Shown in pieces: positions 31,490-43,225 of a DNA stretch of 64,000 bases (position 1 is its first letter; every line of letters starts with the position of its first letter). Position numbers and translations under genes: made by a program. Source of the DNA: Hormiphora californensis (taxonomy: Eukaryota; Animalia; Ctenophora); assembly GCA_020137815.1 (NCBI GenBank), contig CM035351.1, positions 7,502,001 through 7,566,000 of the forward strand. The letters are read 5' to 3'. The notes beneath the pieces were generated by a model. It searched no databases. It was given only the letters and a program-made list of their open reading frames with translations, and was not told where the DNA came from.

Positions 31490-34191
31490 GATTAAATACT
31501 TGCTACTTCTTTCTTTTGTGTACACCATGAGTTAGATACCGATTGAGAGAGTCCCTGTTTCTTTCGTTATGTTATTTTCTCAAATTTATCTCTCTCCCCA
31601 GATTGGACAACGACAGACTATTGTGACAGCCCGACTGTGCTATCTACTATAACTCAACTAAGCGTAACGGGCACCCTTACACCCACACAGACAAACTGAC
31701 TGGGGGAGAGACAGGGGAGGGAGAGAGACAGAAACTGAGACCTAAAGAGAGAGAGAGAGAGTTCGACAGAAGACGTTTAGACTGTGAAATACTAAATTTG
31801 TGAAGTATCCCACGTCTGTAAATAGAAATCTTGTCGTTAAAATTACCTACATTGTACACGCTTCCTCTTGGCCCAACTTCTTGACGGATAGAGAACTATA
31901 AAAAAGGAGGGGCAGAGAGAGAGATAGAGGGAGAGAGGGGGGGGGGGGTTAGTATGGGCAATAAGAGAGAGAGGGTGTATGGGTTGGTTCGTTTCCTGTT
32001 GTGACCCCATTTACCCTATTGTATCCAAAGGAGAAGGAGCAATGTGAGTGTACATGTGTACAAAGAGAGACTTGTAAAAAATATTGAACAAAAGTTGTTG
32101 CCTTTCTTTATAGACTCTGAAATGAGGAATTAAGAAATTGTAATAATGTGTTTTTATCTTTTTCCATCAGAAATGAATCGGTTGTGTGGTTTTTGTGTCA
32201 AGTTCAGAGAATATGAGAGAGAGAATGAGTTCAGCAGAAATATATCATCTTGTTGAGTAAGGGGGAAGAGTGTGAGAGGGTTGAGCGAATAGCGCCAAAT
32301 CCCCCCTTTCTGAGTGATCACGTGACTTATCACACGTGATGACATGTGATCAAATTACAACGCATTGCGCGCCAATCTCAGGCCCTGGAAGTCTTGTAAA
32401 TTGTGCGCTACCTACATTAGACTTTCGGTGTTAAGCAGTGCCCGCGCGTTCCGTACATGTATTTGAGACCAGACAATATCCCACGTGTTAAGTTGCACGA
32501 GGGAGAGAGAGAATGAGAAAGAGGGAGAGAGAAAGAGAGACAGAGAAATTGAGAGAGAAAGTGAGAGAGAAATAAAGATGGAGGATAGAAGAAGAAGAGA
32601 AGCCCAATCAATGATAGATTTGTTGAGTACTTACTCAACAATGATAGATAGGATGGGGTGTGTGAATAAAAGATAGACAAAAACGGGGGTACACAGGAGG
32701 GAAGCCTTCCCCATGGGAAAGGCAGATAAACACATAGGAAGACTAGGAGAACGAGAGAGATAGAGGGATTGTGTGTGTGTTTATAACAGAGTACGACAAG
32801 TTGGCTGGCTGGCTGGGAAATTTAATGGTGGATATCTAGATTTTATACACACTCAACCACTACCAGTATAACAAATCACTAGAACCATTAGATTTAGAAA
32901 AAATTGTCTATCAGTATCATTAAGTTCAACAAGTCTATCAAGCAGTCTTTTGACTTTGAATTAAACTGAAGCCGTTTTCTCCTTTATATCTCCCTCCATA
33001 CCAACAGCCTCCTCACTCCTCAGAACAGACACCTGTAGAGTATGTTATTAGTTTATGAGAAAAAGAGAGATATTGGGAGTGAATCAGTGTCAATCTTTGT
33101 TGAGCAAGGGGGAAACTCAACTAGTCAATCTAATAATAGCTATAATATATGTCCCTCATTGCAAATGGCCTGCTCATCATCATATAATTAAACTATATAT
33201 TATGTCTATAGCTACATACACATTTTCCATTCACCTGAAAATGATAATGCAATTGCAAAGTTGAAGTACCATCTTGAGTTGTCGACATAACATGATGACA
33301 CCTGCAGGAAATCCAGTTATTAGAAAAAAACTGGATGTTAATTGATGATATCAAAAACAAAGTCAAATCCCTGCTCGTATGTCATCAATACTTCTCAATC
33401 CCAATCATTAAAACCAAAGTCTTGAAGTAAAGACATACCTGTCTGGTCTGTCATAGTTATCCCTTGGCCACATTGATGCCTGAGTGAGATCGAGGTCGCG
33501 CAGCGACCGAGATCGATCTCACATCTAGGCCTCCGGTCCGTTATTGATTTTAGAGCAAACTTTTTCAAAGACCTGGCTGCAAGGAACTACTGAACCGATT
33601 TACATCTCGGTTGTTGCTCCTGGCAGATAATTGTCTCTAGTTTTACGGAAAATACCCGCGAGTATCAGCATTTGAGGAATAGTGGGTCAAAATTGACGCT
33701 AAACATGAGCAATTCTTTAAAGACCTGGCTGCAAGCTCGTACTCGGTCCTGGAACAATCTGTGGGTACTGGGGGAATCGTCATGGCCTTGTGAGTATGGG
33801 AAAATACCCGCCGATTCATCACGATGCGAAATGAGGCCATAATTGACCTTTGAGTAGTGCTAGGTCAGCTAAAATGGTCTCCAAAAACGGTCTATCACGC
33901 GCGATCTGCTGAAAACGTGCTTTATATCGCGCGCACGTGAGTTCTTGCTCTCAACGGGCCGGGATCCTATTATTCGCGGAGCGAGAATAGGATGCGATGG
34001 ATCCAAAGTTATCCCCACACAAGATCCAAAAAGGCCTTGCTTCTTTTTGTTCTGGCTCCTTTGTTTTTGGTCCCATCACACTGTTAACACACACACACAC
34101 TGTTTGGTGGAACATATTTCACCACTTGAAGATTCTTGTGAACAACTGCTGATTCCATTATTATATAGCTAGAAAACAGGGGTTTAGTTTC

Positions 34192-34242
<51 letters not shown>

Positions 34243-34637
34243 TAAGGAGAGAGAGATCGAGATAGGGAGACAGAGAGAGAGGGACAGACAGAATAATTGT
34301 CATTGAGGGGAGAAATACTCGTGACAGCACCGACATAGAGAGACTTTCCCACTAACACAAGAGAGTGTCAGTGAGAGGAGGGAGAGGGATAGTGAAAGAT
34401 AGGATAACTATCAGTGAGTAAGAGAGGGGAAGAGAGAGAATATTGAGGCGAGACACATGGGCTAAGACACAATTAATTGCAATGAATTGCAATTTTGGAT
34501 GTATTGGGTGACACAATTCACAATTACTGTATTACAATTACTCAATACAACCAATAAATCTACTATAATGATCAGCAAATACTTATCTTACTCTTCATAC
34601 ATCTCTATATCTCCCTCACTCTCTCTCTCTATCTCTC

Positions 34638-34727
<90 letters not shown>

Positions 34728-35222
34728 CCCCAAGCTTGTGGCACTGGTTACGAACCACCAATCTGAATGTTTTCAAAGAACTATGACATTGACAGTGTCT
34801 CGCAAGGGACAGTTGGAACTGATTTATGTGTGTGCTAGAACTGCTATTTTACATGTTTTCACTGTGTTTTTACGCTGTGTTTTCTGTGTGTGCATCCATA
34901 CTTTGTGTTCCACGTACCTATTTATTTCAATCAATCAATCAATCAATCTCTCTCTCTCTTTCTCTCTCACACACACACACACAGAAGTGTAGATAATACC
35001 TAATTAGTAGGACGAACAAACAGTACAGGACTATGGTTTGAAACGCTAATAACTCTATAATTAATGTATTGCAATATTATCCACGGGGCAATTTGGTGCA
35101 ATGTAGTAGGCCAATAGAAATACGTCATTATACGTGCATGCCACGTCAAATTTTATTCAGCCCTAAAACTGCTAAAAAAGCTTGAGTAAACTGAGGCAAT
35201 ATAAGATATATGATTATATATA

Positions 35223-35419
35223 CAGTCGGACCCCGATTTAGTGGCACACTGATTTAGTGGCACCCCGATTTAGTGGCACCCCGATTTAGTGGCAGGATAA
35301 TTTCCCCCGATATAGGAAATTAACGAATTTGACCCCGATTAGATGGACACCCCGATTTAGTGGACAAAACCCTTTCCCCCGAGCTCGGCCGAGGATACCA
35401 CTAAATCGGGATCCGACTG
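35223..35419. mobile_element. pogo/Tigger-like MITE nested in the 3.9-kb element
   Basis: TA|CAGTCGGACCCCGATTTAGTGG...CCACTAAATCGGGATCCGACTG|TA. Confidence 0.85.
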
Positions 35420-35465
35420 TATACATCTCGGCCACTGTAAAAAGGCTTGAGTAAACTGAGGCAGT

Positions 35466-35940
35466 TTACTCAAGCTTTTTTACAGTGGAGATGTATTTTT
35501 CTACTTTCTCCGCTAAGTCCTTTCCGGACTTTGATTTAGCTAGAAAGTTGGTCTTCACCGCTTTAAAACCTGAAAACCCCTCGCGTCCAGGATGTCTTTT
35601 GAATGTCTCCTCTTTCAATATTTTGTCGACAAGTTCGGTAAATTTCCTATCACCATTTTGTTTTGTGCCTCGGCCGTTCTTCAAACCTATTCGTAATATA
35701 TTGGTTACTAACCTCAAGTTGAGGTTAAACTTAACTCGAATTTACCACGAGTTAAAAAGTAAATTATACCTTTCGTTGATGATTGGAAGCTGTTTACAGA
35801 TGAATCGAACAAGGACAGTGAAGACGCCGCCTTCTGCAGTCCTTCTATATCCTTGGTCCGTGCATATTTAGAAATTTTGTTATTGTACATTTCGTTGGCA
35901 TCATCAGCTGCCATTCTGTGTCCTCGGCCTGGCCGAAATC
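35466..35940 (-). pseudogene. Two-exon remnant resembling the C-terminus of DUF6589-type transposon-associated proteins
   Basis: GRGHRMAADDANEMYNNKISK ... KFTELVDKILKEETFKRHPGREGFSGF..NFL; GT-AG intron at ~35770-35688. Family call from remembered motif pattern only. Confidence 0.4.
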
Positions 35941-36033
35941 CTGAAGAGCGCAATTTGAAACTCTAGTAATTGAGTTACACTGACACTGCAAGTTTGTATC
36001 ACAGTAATTAGTAGATGAGCTTTAAAAGAGGGC

Positions 36034-36075
<42 letters not shown>

Positions 36076-36244
36076 CTCTGTTTAAATGGATTTGCGCGGC
36101 CCTCACGCACGCGATCGCGTGGTCACGTTTGCGTGAGTGGCGCTATTCGCTCAACCCTCTCACACTCTTCCCCCTTACTCAACAAATATCATCTGTTGTC
36201 ATAGTAGCAGCTGTGCCGCACTATGTTCTCAATCCATTCTCTCT

Positions 36245-36319
<75 letters not shown>

Positions 36320-36520
36320 CCTCTCTCACTCCATCCATCTCTCTCCTAATTGCTTATCCTGCGTACACAAAGCGGGCAATTACAGTGACCTGTGCGTTCC
36401 CCTCTGTTTTCCGTCTCTTTCCTTTTCCGCCTTTCTTACTCATCATCTTTATCTAATCCTTCCTATCTTTCTTCCCTCTCTCTCCCTCCCTCTCTCTCCC
36501 TCCCTCTCTCTTCCCCCAGA

Positions 36521-38404
36521 ATGGAGTATAATGTGATCAAGACCGTTCAAAGTCGACTTGGTATTGGCAAGGACCAACAACAGCCCAATAACGATAACTT
36601 TCTCGGTAATATTTCTTATAATTAACCTCTTCACCGCATGCTTCTTTTTTTGTCAATTTCTTAACTGACAGTTATTTTCTGCTCTATTAATTGTTCCTCT
36701 TTATTTGTCCATATTTAAAGATCTGCAAAGTTCTTTATCTTTAAAAACAAATACATAATAAGTTTGACGTCAGGTTCTATTTTGATCACAGATCAAATCA
36801 GTTCCAAAAACTAAACCAATCTTTCTAATTGTTCCAGGTAGTGAGATAATTAGCAGCCTGCCTCTCCAGATAGCTTTATTCTACAATGTCTACTTTGCCC
36901 CACTCTGGTTCACAGCTGCACTAACCGCCCTCATCTTGAAGGTAGGGCGCGACGACACTCATGTGACGAAAGTTATCCTCAGCGGTCGCTGAGTGTTGCT
37001 TGGTAGATGCGCGCACTTCTTGTGCGCGGCTCCCCCTGCTACCGTCAAGCTGTCTCGACCCGTGGGATCAAAGCCTGACGAGACGATATTCAAACTAGCG
37101 ATATAAAATCTCTACTGAGTGGTTATAATGCAGTAACCATAAGTTATAATTGACCATCCCTCACACTGTGGTTATCAAATGTCTACAACATAACATAGCG
37201 TTAAAATATCAAGTTTCTCTTTCTATAAATAGTATTTAAAATACCCTGTTCAATAAGAAACGATCCAAAGAAATGCTAATTTCAACTGGACAAGCTCCCC
37301 ACATTCTACCCTCACTTTCATAAAGTCACTACTCACACCACTAGACAGATATAGCAGCCTTGGGAAAATGATTCTGATTGCTTCTAGCAGGCCGAACATC
37401 AATGACAGTGTTGTTAAATGTCCCTAATCTCTCCCACACCCTAATAAACATCCTCACTTGACAATACTGATAGGAAACTAATGTAATACAGTCCACTGCT
37501 AGCAATACTACCCGACCACCCGTTACACCCTTCCTCCCACACACCACCCCAAAATGTAGGAGTAAAGATACCAAAAACACAGTCCCGATGATATACATTG
37601 TTACTAGAATAGTGTATTTGAGTCGGTTGCCCCTGGTTACGGGATCAAGTTTCCACTGTCGACAGGGTGTGTGCGGGGTTTTAGTTGCCACCCTGTACCG
37701 ATCATTGCACCGGGGACACCGCGGTGTCAGAGTTGTGTTTATCCAATCTATTAGACAAGTTCTGTGGGCTGATGCCGCTAGGAAGGGACACCCACACGGT
37801 ACAATAGTTCCAGTGGGTCTGAGTGATGGGCAGACCCAACAGGGAGATGGTTGAGTCGGGAACAGGGAGAATAATGCGTCTACCTGTACTTCCTCTTCTT
37901 CTTCATCTTCATCTTCTCTTCACTGTCATCACCTTTACCCCCCTCTTCCTCCCCTCCGTCGATGAAGAACACAACTCCAGCGGGCTGGAACTCTAGTAGC
38001 TCCATCAGACCACTCTGAAAATTACAGTGGAAATATGATCATAGTTTAGGCGCCTCATGGCAGGATGAATTTAGGAAATGGTTACACTCCTAAAAACTTG
38101 TTAGAACTACTATAACAGACTAAGAGGGGGCTATTCATAACAAGTTAGGTATCTTACCGTGTTGTACATTTTCCGAGGCCTCCGTGGTCCCCTTGATCGG
38201 CGGGGCATTTTACAGCTGATTATATCCTGGGTGGCTGTATTTTAGGTAGGGAGATCAAACAAGACAGACAGATGTCGATACAATAAGGATTTATAGAGGC
38301 CGAATTTTGCACAAGTAATGCATACAAAATGCGGTTAGACTGCACTTATTATTAGTAGTCCAGAGCGTCGGAAAATAGCCTTCCAATCTATCAATCCTCC
38401 TCTA

Positions 38405-38486
<82 letters not shown>

Positions 38487-39962
38487 TCCCTCTCTCTCCC
38501 TCCCTCCTCTTTCTTCCTTTCCCTCTTGTGGTCGGTTTTGGACAAACTTAGGCTTTAATTACACAACGTTCATTAACCGTACACTAAAGCACGAAACTCT
38601 CCAATCTTCCGGCCATCCCTCGAGTTTCCATAAAGCGGATAAGTAAGCGATTATAAATACGTGGCATACACATTAACTGTACCGGCCACAGTACCGACCA
38701 CGTAATACAGCTATACTGCAGTACACCCAATTACCCACTTCATGATCTACTTCTAGGAGACTGCTCAGTGCTCACTGCACCCTCCAAACCTTTTCCCAAT
38801 TCCCAGATTAGCATTTTTTTCAACTAACACCCTCTTCTCTCCCCAGCACGACCAACTAACACCCTCTTCTCTCTCCCCAGCACGACCAACTAACACCCTC
38901 TTCTCTCCCCAGCACGACCAACTAACACCCTCTTCTCTCCCCAGCACGACCAACTAACACCCTCTTTTCTCTCCCCAGCACGACCAACTAACACCCTCTT
39001 CTCTCCCCAGCACGACCAACTAACACCCTCTTCTCTCCCCAGCACGACCAACTAAAACCATCTCTTCTCTCCCCAGCACGACCAACTAAAACCATCTCTT
39101 CTCTCCCCAGCACGACCAACTAAAACCATCTCTTCTCTCCCCAGCACGACCAACTAACACCCTCTTCTCTCCCCAGCACGACCAACTAACACCCTCTTCT
39201 CTCCCCAGCACGACCAACTAAAACCATCTCTTCTCTCCCCAGCACGACCAACTAAAACCATCTCTTCTCTCCCCAGCACGACCAACTAACACCCTCTTCT
39301 CTCCCCAGCACGACCAACTAACACCCTCTTCTCTCCCCAGCACGACCAACTAAAACCATCTCTTCTCTCCCCAGCACGACCAACTAACAGTTAACACCAT
39401 CTCTTCTCTCCCCAGCACGACCAACTACCAGAGTACTACCAGTTCGTTACCCCGACCGTGTTCTGTATCATGACAGTGTTTGAATTGATCAGGCTGTATT
39501 GTGGGTATGTTGGGAACCTGCAGGAGAGCGTTCCTGAGTTGGCTGCCTTCTGGATGGTCTCTGTAATTCTGCAACTCCCACTGTGTCTATACTCTCTATT
39601 GGATAGTGGGGCACTCATACTACCTCTCGAGGTGTGTACAAAGGAGTCTCAAACAATACACCCCTGGAACACCGCGTCAGCCACACAATTCACCCCGTGT
39701 CAGGATATTTTTTCCATAAACAACCTTGTTTTTATTTGATCTAACTTCTCTCCAGGTATCAGTCAACTCGATTCTGCTATTGTTTGTAGTGGCAGAGCTA
39801 GTGGTCAGTACGGGTACAATCAGACAGATGTCACTGCTTCAAGAGACCAAGTTTACCCTACTTCATGGACCAGGTGGGGCCCGGGGCGATACCCAACATG
39901 CCCAGGATCAGGGCGGTGATACACAACCTGGCACCTCTTCTGCAGGAATGGCAAGAATATAG
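36521..39962 (+). CDS. TMEM17: Transmembrane protein 17 (ciliary transition zone), 4 exons
   Basis: EIISSLPLQIALFYNVYFAPLW; FELIRLYCGYVGNLQESVPELAAFW...LQLP...ILPLE. Confidence 0.92.
37341..38208 (-). CDS. MARCH-type RING-CH E3 ubiquitin ligase with two TM helices, nested antisense in TMEM17 intron 2
   Basis: CWVC...IVPCGCPFLAASAHRTCLIDWINTTLTPRCPRC (C4HC3 with conserved W), followed by two hydrophobic segments; acidic N-terminus with two apparent 1-bp deletions; short first exon ending ACG|GTAAG. Confidence 0.8.
38821..39426 (+). repeat. Minisatellite of ~18 copies of the TMEM17 3' splice site (32/34-bp units)
   Basis: Unit CACGACCAACTAA(C/AA)ACC(A/-)..CTCTTCTCTCCCCAG; the last copy (AG ending 39415) continues into the coding exon CAC GAC CAA CTA CCA GAG. 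Confidence 0.95.
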
Positions 39963-40743
39963 GACACATAACAGGGGGAGGGGCGATAACAGACTCGATT
40001 ATATACAGAATACAGTTTGATTAGGCAAGAGCAGGCTCTTCCCTAGTAATCTACACAGCCATGTAAATTATCAATTATGTAAATTATCAATTATGCCTAG
40101 ATGTAAACTCTAAAAGTCAAGATAACATAAGGTTGTGCCAAGTTTTTTTATCATATTATATTTTTATAAATCTTTTGACGATCAGTGTGGCGAGGAAAGT
40201 AGCTATAGAGCCATTGTTTACTAAATCAATTACTTAACTAAGTTAAGTTAACTAAATCAATTACTTAACTAAGTTAAGTTGACTAATTGATTTATTACTC
40301 CGCCCTAGTTCCTACTCATAGGTTGGTTCAGATTGTTCCAGAGGTTTACAGGGAGAGAGAGGGTCGAATTAGACTGTCGAGCAAGACTGAGACATGTACA
40401 GAATTTATGTAAATATATGTTTGAATTTATTACACAACGAAATTGTTCTTATCATATTTCGACGGCGTAAAATTTAAAAAAAATGAAATTTGCGAAATTT
40501 TGTACGCGCAAAACTAAAAACGCGCATACATAAGTTCAACGCCGCGCGGCAAGAATTGAATTGCACTAATATATATAAAAATTTAAAAAATGTGAGAGCT
40601 TGTTTTGAAAAGCGCTGCCTTATCCCGCTATTGGGGGCCAGCAACGTTTGCCAAGAGCTTGTTTAAATTTTTGAGCTGAATTTTTTTTGCAAGTCCCTCC
40701 TTGTCTCTGCCCTTGCCTCCCGACTCCCAGTGCTTCTCTAGAC

Positions 40744-42898
40744 ATGTCAGATGATGAATCTTCATTTCCACTGCACCGCTACTACAAACATAATGGATAC
40801 AGGGGTATCAGTATCCCCACTTTCACCTCCGAGAAGGCTTACAAAATTGTCGAACAAATGGAAGCGAGGGAAGACGATGTTCTGATATCGACATACAGCA
40901 AAAGTGGAACAACTTGGCTTCAGAATATTGTCTACCACTTACTAGGTTGCCCCCAGGGTCCGATGGAAAAACTAACCGATGTTGTCCCTTGGCTCCAATG
41001 CAAATTAATTTGAGATATGCAAATTAATTTGAGATATGTCCCTAGGATGGCGGAACCGCCCGTAGGGGCAGTCCCAAGCTATGACGACGATGGAAAAGCC
41101 CAAGAAATCTTCAAGTATAGGAGAATGTTTGGGTAGTACGATGAGAAGTACACTGTTTAATGCAATGAGTGATGTAATGTTGGTAAAGAAAGGAACTCTG
41201 AATCGTCAAAGCGAGCGAGAAGCGATAGAGGATTTACTAAAAGAGATCTTGGAAAAGGATACGGAGGATAATGAGCGTCAATATATTGAGGAAGCACTAC
41301 CACTAGATTACAAGTTGAAGGAGTACAATGCAGAAAGACTCCAGGCTATCACTAAGAAACTCTGTCGTCACATTCTCCAGTTAGGGAGGGAAATAGGGAA
41401 TGAGAAACGATTGTGTGAAACTAAGATGAAGAACTATGAAAGTGCTAGAACGAAAGAACGCCTGCAACTGGAGGACTGTAATAGGAAGCTGGAGGAGGTA
41501 CAGAAAGAACTTAGCACGTTCAAAGAAGAAGTCGACAAGCATCGGGTAGCAAGGATTGCATTGCAAGGGAAGCTGATAGAAGCACAAAATAGTTTGATTG
41601 AAGTACAAAAAGGTGAAAACAACTCGATGTCAGAGTCTGTCCAAAAGCAGTTGCATGACTACTCCAAGGTCCTTGTACAGAATTGTTCAGCTGCTATTGC
41701 TCCATCTCGCCTGAAGGAAGCATGGAAGAAGGCGACAGTTTCCTCTCCACCAACTGAAAGAACAACTCCGGATAGAAAGCTGAATTTGGTTATATTTGGG
41801 CTCCCAGAAACCACTGCCAGGGCTACTGATCATGAAGTTCAGGATATCTTTGCTGAGCTAAATGAGAAACCTGTCGTAACCTCCACAAAGCGGGTTGGCC
41901 TAAGGACTGATGACCGAGCGAGACCTGTTATCGTCACCCTTGAAAGAAGGGAATCCTTGCTGCAGCTTCTTCGGAAAGCAAAGCAGCTGCAGAGTTCAGA
42001 GAAGTTTTCATCCGTTTTTCTCTCTCCCGACCTATCACCAGACGAACAGCGAGAGCGGAAATCTCTTGTTGATACTCTGAAAGAACTAAAACGAGATAAT
42101 CCGAATGGACGTTATTGGATTAGTAAGGGGGTCATTAAATGTGGCTAAGTGAACTCTAACCATTGAATTTTAAATCGAAAGGACTATCCAAATTGCCCAC
42201 AAAAAGGGGCGTATATGTATGCAATGTATACATTTTTAGATTTAATAATAATAATAATAATCCAATGCGATCACGAGAGTGAGAAATGGCAGAGAATGTT
42301 CAATTTTAAGAGTCCTAGGATTTTTAAAACTCACGACTTTTATAGTTGGCTACCCGAGCAATGGAAAAATACACGTTTGATTTACTGCTATCGAAACCCA
42401 AAGGATTGGGCTGTTTCTCTGTTCCACCACTTCAAAACTTTCGAAATGGACGGGGAGGCAAAAATGGCGGACTTGACTTTCCCAGAATTTGTATCCCAAA
42501 TCTGTCAACAGAAGCATGTCTGTCCATACGGTTTGTGGGAGGACCATGTTCTTGATTGGAAGGCGCAGGAAGGAGCTGATAACATCCTGTTCCTGACCTT
42601 TGAAGACATGGTAGAGAACATGGAGAGAGAAATTAGGAAAATAGCAATCTTCCTGGGCGTCGATCTTACTCCTGAGCTTCTAGAGAAAGTAATGCACGAA
42701 GGAAACTTTGAAACCATGAAAAATAACGGAGCAGTGAACTACGGATGGGTCAAGGGTGTCCAAGAACGTCCATTTATTAGGAGTGGTAAAGTGGGTGGCT
42801 GGAAGGAGTGGTTTTCTGAGGAACAAAGTAAAGAAATGGACGAGGTAATTGCTAAAGTTGAATCAGCTGGCGGTCGGGTTAGATGTACTTTGGAGTAA
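40744..42898 (+). CDS. Intronless cytosolic sulfotransferase (SULT1-like), disrupted by an insertion at 41002-42260
   Basis: PAPS motifs TYSKSGTTW, RIFKTH, YRNPKDWAVSLFHH, FIRSGKVGGWK; frame restored as VVPWLQC|DHESEKW when the insertion and one TSD copy are removed. Confidence 0.92.
41002..42260 (+). mobile_element. ORF1-only non-LTR retroelement (no RT)
   Basis: 8-bp TSD TCCAATGC (40994-41001, 42261-42268); (AAT)n tail; single ORF; ~110-nt 3' UTR. Confidence 0.88.
41081..42148 (+). CDS. LINE ORF1-like protein (coiled coil + RRM/CTD of CR1/L2-type ORF1); true start possibly 41047 with a 1-bp error
   Basis: RKLNLVIFGLPE ... KRVG...RARPVIVTL...LLRKAKQL...VFLSPDLSPDEQRERKSL...LK, the usual ORF1 C-terminal pattern, preceded by a long coiled coil. 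Confidence 0.8.
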   Translation: MTTMEKPKKSSSIGECLGSTMRSTLFNAMSDVMLVKKGTLNRQSEREAIEDLLKEILEKDTEDNERQYIEEALPLDYKLKEYNAERLQAITKKLCRHILQLGREIGNEKRLCETKMKNYESARTKERLQLEDCNRKLEEVQKELSTFKEEVDKHRVARIALQGKLIEAQNSLIEVQKGENNSMSESVQKQLHDYSKVLVQNCSAAIAPSRLKEAWKKATVSSPPTERTTPDRKLNLVIFGLPETTARATDHEVQDIFAELNEKPVVTSTKRVGLRTDDRARPVIVTLERRESLLQLLRKAKQLQSSEKFSSVFLSPDLSPDEQRERKSLVDTLKELKRDNPNGRYWISKGVIKCG

Positions 42899-43225
42899 AA
42901 CTTTGCCTGGCTCGATCCTGTTTCACCGCACAAGTATAACTAAAAACAATTAAATCGTTGATATTAAATCTCATAAAGTTTCTAGAATCTAGATAATATA
43001 TAATACATTTTTGTCTTGGTATATTGTTGAGTGTAACGTTCTAAGTAGGTTTTTAACTCTTTACATAGTTATCCTGTATTTGTATATCTTGTGTCTGTAT
43101 ATTAAAGTCGAGTGTCGACTCAGGTGTTTCTGTATATAATAGATCTAGATTGCAATTTAAAAGTCTTGTAGTTTCAATCGTTTCCATAAAGCCCAATTTA
43201 CAATACCATCCCTGTATTATCAGCT

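Larger units (their letters stand above)
32250..36185. mobile_element. 3.9-kb TIR DNA transposon, non-autonomous/decayed
   Basis: Perfect 48-bp TIRs TTGTTGAGTAAGGGGGAAGAGTGTGAGAGGGTTGAGCGAATAGCGCCA at 32250-32297 and 36138-36185; 8-bp TSD ATATCATC (32242-32249, 36186-36193). Confidence 0.88.

Noticed and set aside
38821-39426. CRISPR-like array of ~32-bp repeats
   Set aside because: No unique spacers, no cas genes and a eukaryotic context; it is a splice-site minisatellite.
40998-41024. ATGCAAAT octamer motifs as a POU-binding enhancer
   Set aside because: They arise from the TSD junction and the duplicated 5' end of the insertion; no independent support.
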